Shown here: positions 63,050 to 64,000 of the stretch, in pieces
Numbering within the stretch: position 1 is the stretch's first letter
How the letters are laid out: each line of letters begins with the position of its first letter
DNA from: Escherichia phage vB_Ec-G1
DNA: 64,000 bases
Reading direction: 5' to 3' (one strand)
Sequence record: PQ433349.1
Made by a program: the position numbers and the translations under genes
Notes under the pieces: model-generated
The model's database searches: none
What the model saw: only the letters and a program-made list of their open reading frames with translations
What the model was told of the DNA's origin: nothing

Positions 63050-63850
63050 TTATTTGTTTAAATGGTCTTCAACCATTTTGATAAAGCCTTCATCACTGAA
63101 GACTGTTCCTGCTTTCTCTCGGTAGACAAGCACTCCACGTTCTTCGTAGAGAGTTTGTTCTACAAAATTCAAACCTGGGTTAACTACAACCATCTTAACC
63201 CCAATATTCAGGGCAGGGAAGAGTTCCCAGTTGAAGTTGATTACTTGGTTAGAGCAGCCTACAACGATAACCATATCTTGTGATGTTAGTTGATCCAGTT
63301 TGTGATACATGTCTGTGTAGAGTGGTGCATTCTCACCAAAAAACACCACATTAGGCTTCACATATTTGTAATCGTCTACATCAATAGCTGCGTAACCCAC
63401 ATCTTTGATAATTTTGTTATCAACAACAACTTCTGGCAAGAAACCATGAACGTGCAATATTTCTTCTCTATCGATTCCAGCGCGTTCTAATAGATCGTCA
63501 ACGTTAGTAGTGATGTTAATAATCCTTTCTGCACCGTATTTTTCGAACCATTCTCCAATCTGAAGATGTGCTGGATTCGGGTCAACTTTCTCTAATTCCA
63601 CGCGACGTTTATTGTAGAAGTCGTGAGTTTTACGGTAGAGGTTATATCCTTCCACATCTAAGCCACCCATAGCATCAGGAATACCCTGTTCTTGCTGATA
63701 ACCGTCACGGAAGTTGAAAATGTCACAGACTTCTGTTAAATCATATTCATCCCATAATGCCTTTCCAGAATCTGTTTCTGTGCGAAATGTTTGGATTCCG
63801 CTGTCAGCACTTAGTCCCGCACCACTAATAAAATATACACGTCTTGGCAT
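63050..63850 (-). CDS. Sir2-family (sirtuin-like) NAD-dependent protein
   Basis: 266 aa; GAGLSADSGIQTFR (sirtuin GAGISxxSGIPxFR), HVHG, VVFFGE and VIVVGCSNQV motifs; no obvious CxxC zinc site. Confidence 0.6.
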   Translation of the reverse strand: MPRRVYFISGAGLSADSGIQTFRTETDSGKALWDEYDLTEVCDIFNFRDGYQQEQGIPDAMGGLDVEGYNLYRKTHDFYNKRRVELEKVDPNPAHLQIGEWFEKYGAERIINITTNVDDLLERAGIDREEILHVHGFLPEVVVDNKIIKDVGYAAIDVDDYKYVKPNVVFFGENAPLYTDMYHKLDQLTSQDMVIVVGCSNQVINFNWELFPALNIGVKMVVVNPGLNFVEQTLYEERGVLVYREKAGTVFSDEGFIKMVEDHLNK

Positions 63851-63962
63851 TATTCGTCCTCCTCAAATGGATCATAAGAATCATATTCGTAAGTATCATC
63901 TTCTGAAAATTCTACTTCGAAATAAATATCAAACTCTGCAAATAGACGGAGGATGTTAGACA
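63850..63962 (-). CDS. small acidic protein (~37 aa), start uncertain
   Basis: Short ORF whose stop overlaps the Sir2 start; may extend from a longer upstream frame. Confidence 0.2.
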
Positions 63963-64000
63963 TGCTATAATAATTATCGTAGGCAGATTCAGCTTCATAA

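Overview
This window reads as a densely packed segment of a virulent tailed-phage genome from a Gram-negative host, with sigma70-like promoters and no rRNA, CRISPR or integrase. Positions 1-27212 form a long minus-strand operon block; 27327-62664 is a plus-strand block of mostly small early-type genes; the window ends with convergent minus-strand genes. Recognisable products include anaerobic ribonucleotide reductase NrdD/NrdG, a UvrD-like helicase, a primase-like zinc-ribbon protein, four tandem glycosyltransferase-like genes, a cell-wall hydrolase, an AAA+ ATPase and a serine recombinase. The two most striking signals are (1) a Ter-type module (TelA, TerC, TerD, vWA, phosphoribosyltransferase, HAD) sitting with NAD/ADP-ribose-processing domains (Macro, 2H phosphoesterase, NADAR, DUF4326-like, Sir2), and (2) an array of about 22 promoter plus 5' stem-loop cassettes at 34.2-43.3 kb, each driving a small ORF, GC-richer than the rest and bracketed by Fur-box-like palindromes. 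All calls rest on motif recognition by eye, not on searches. Coordinates for features absent from the ORF track (small ORFs, promoters, hairpins) are approximate to a few nt; tRNA genes could not be confirmed or excluded.
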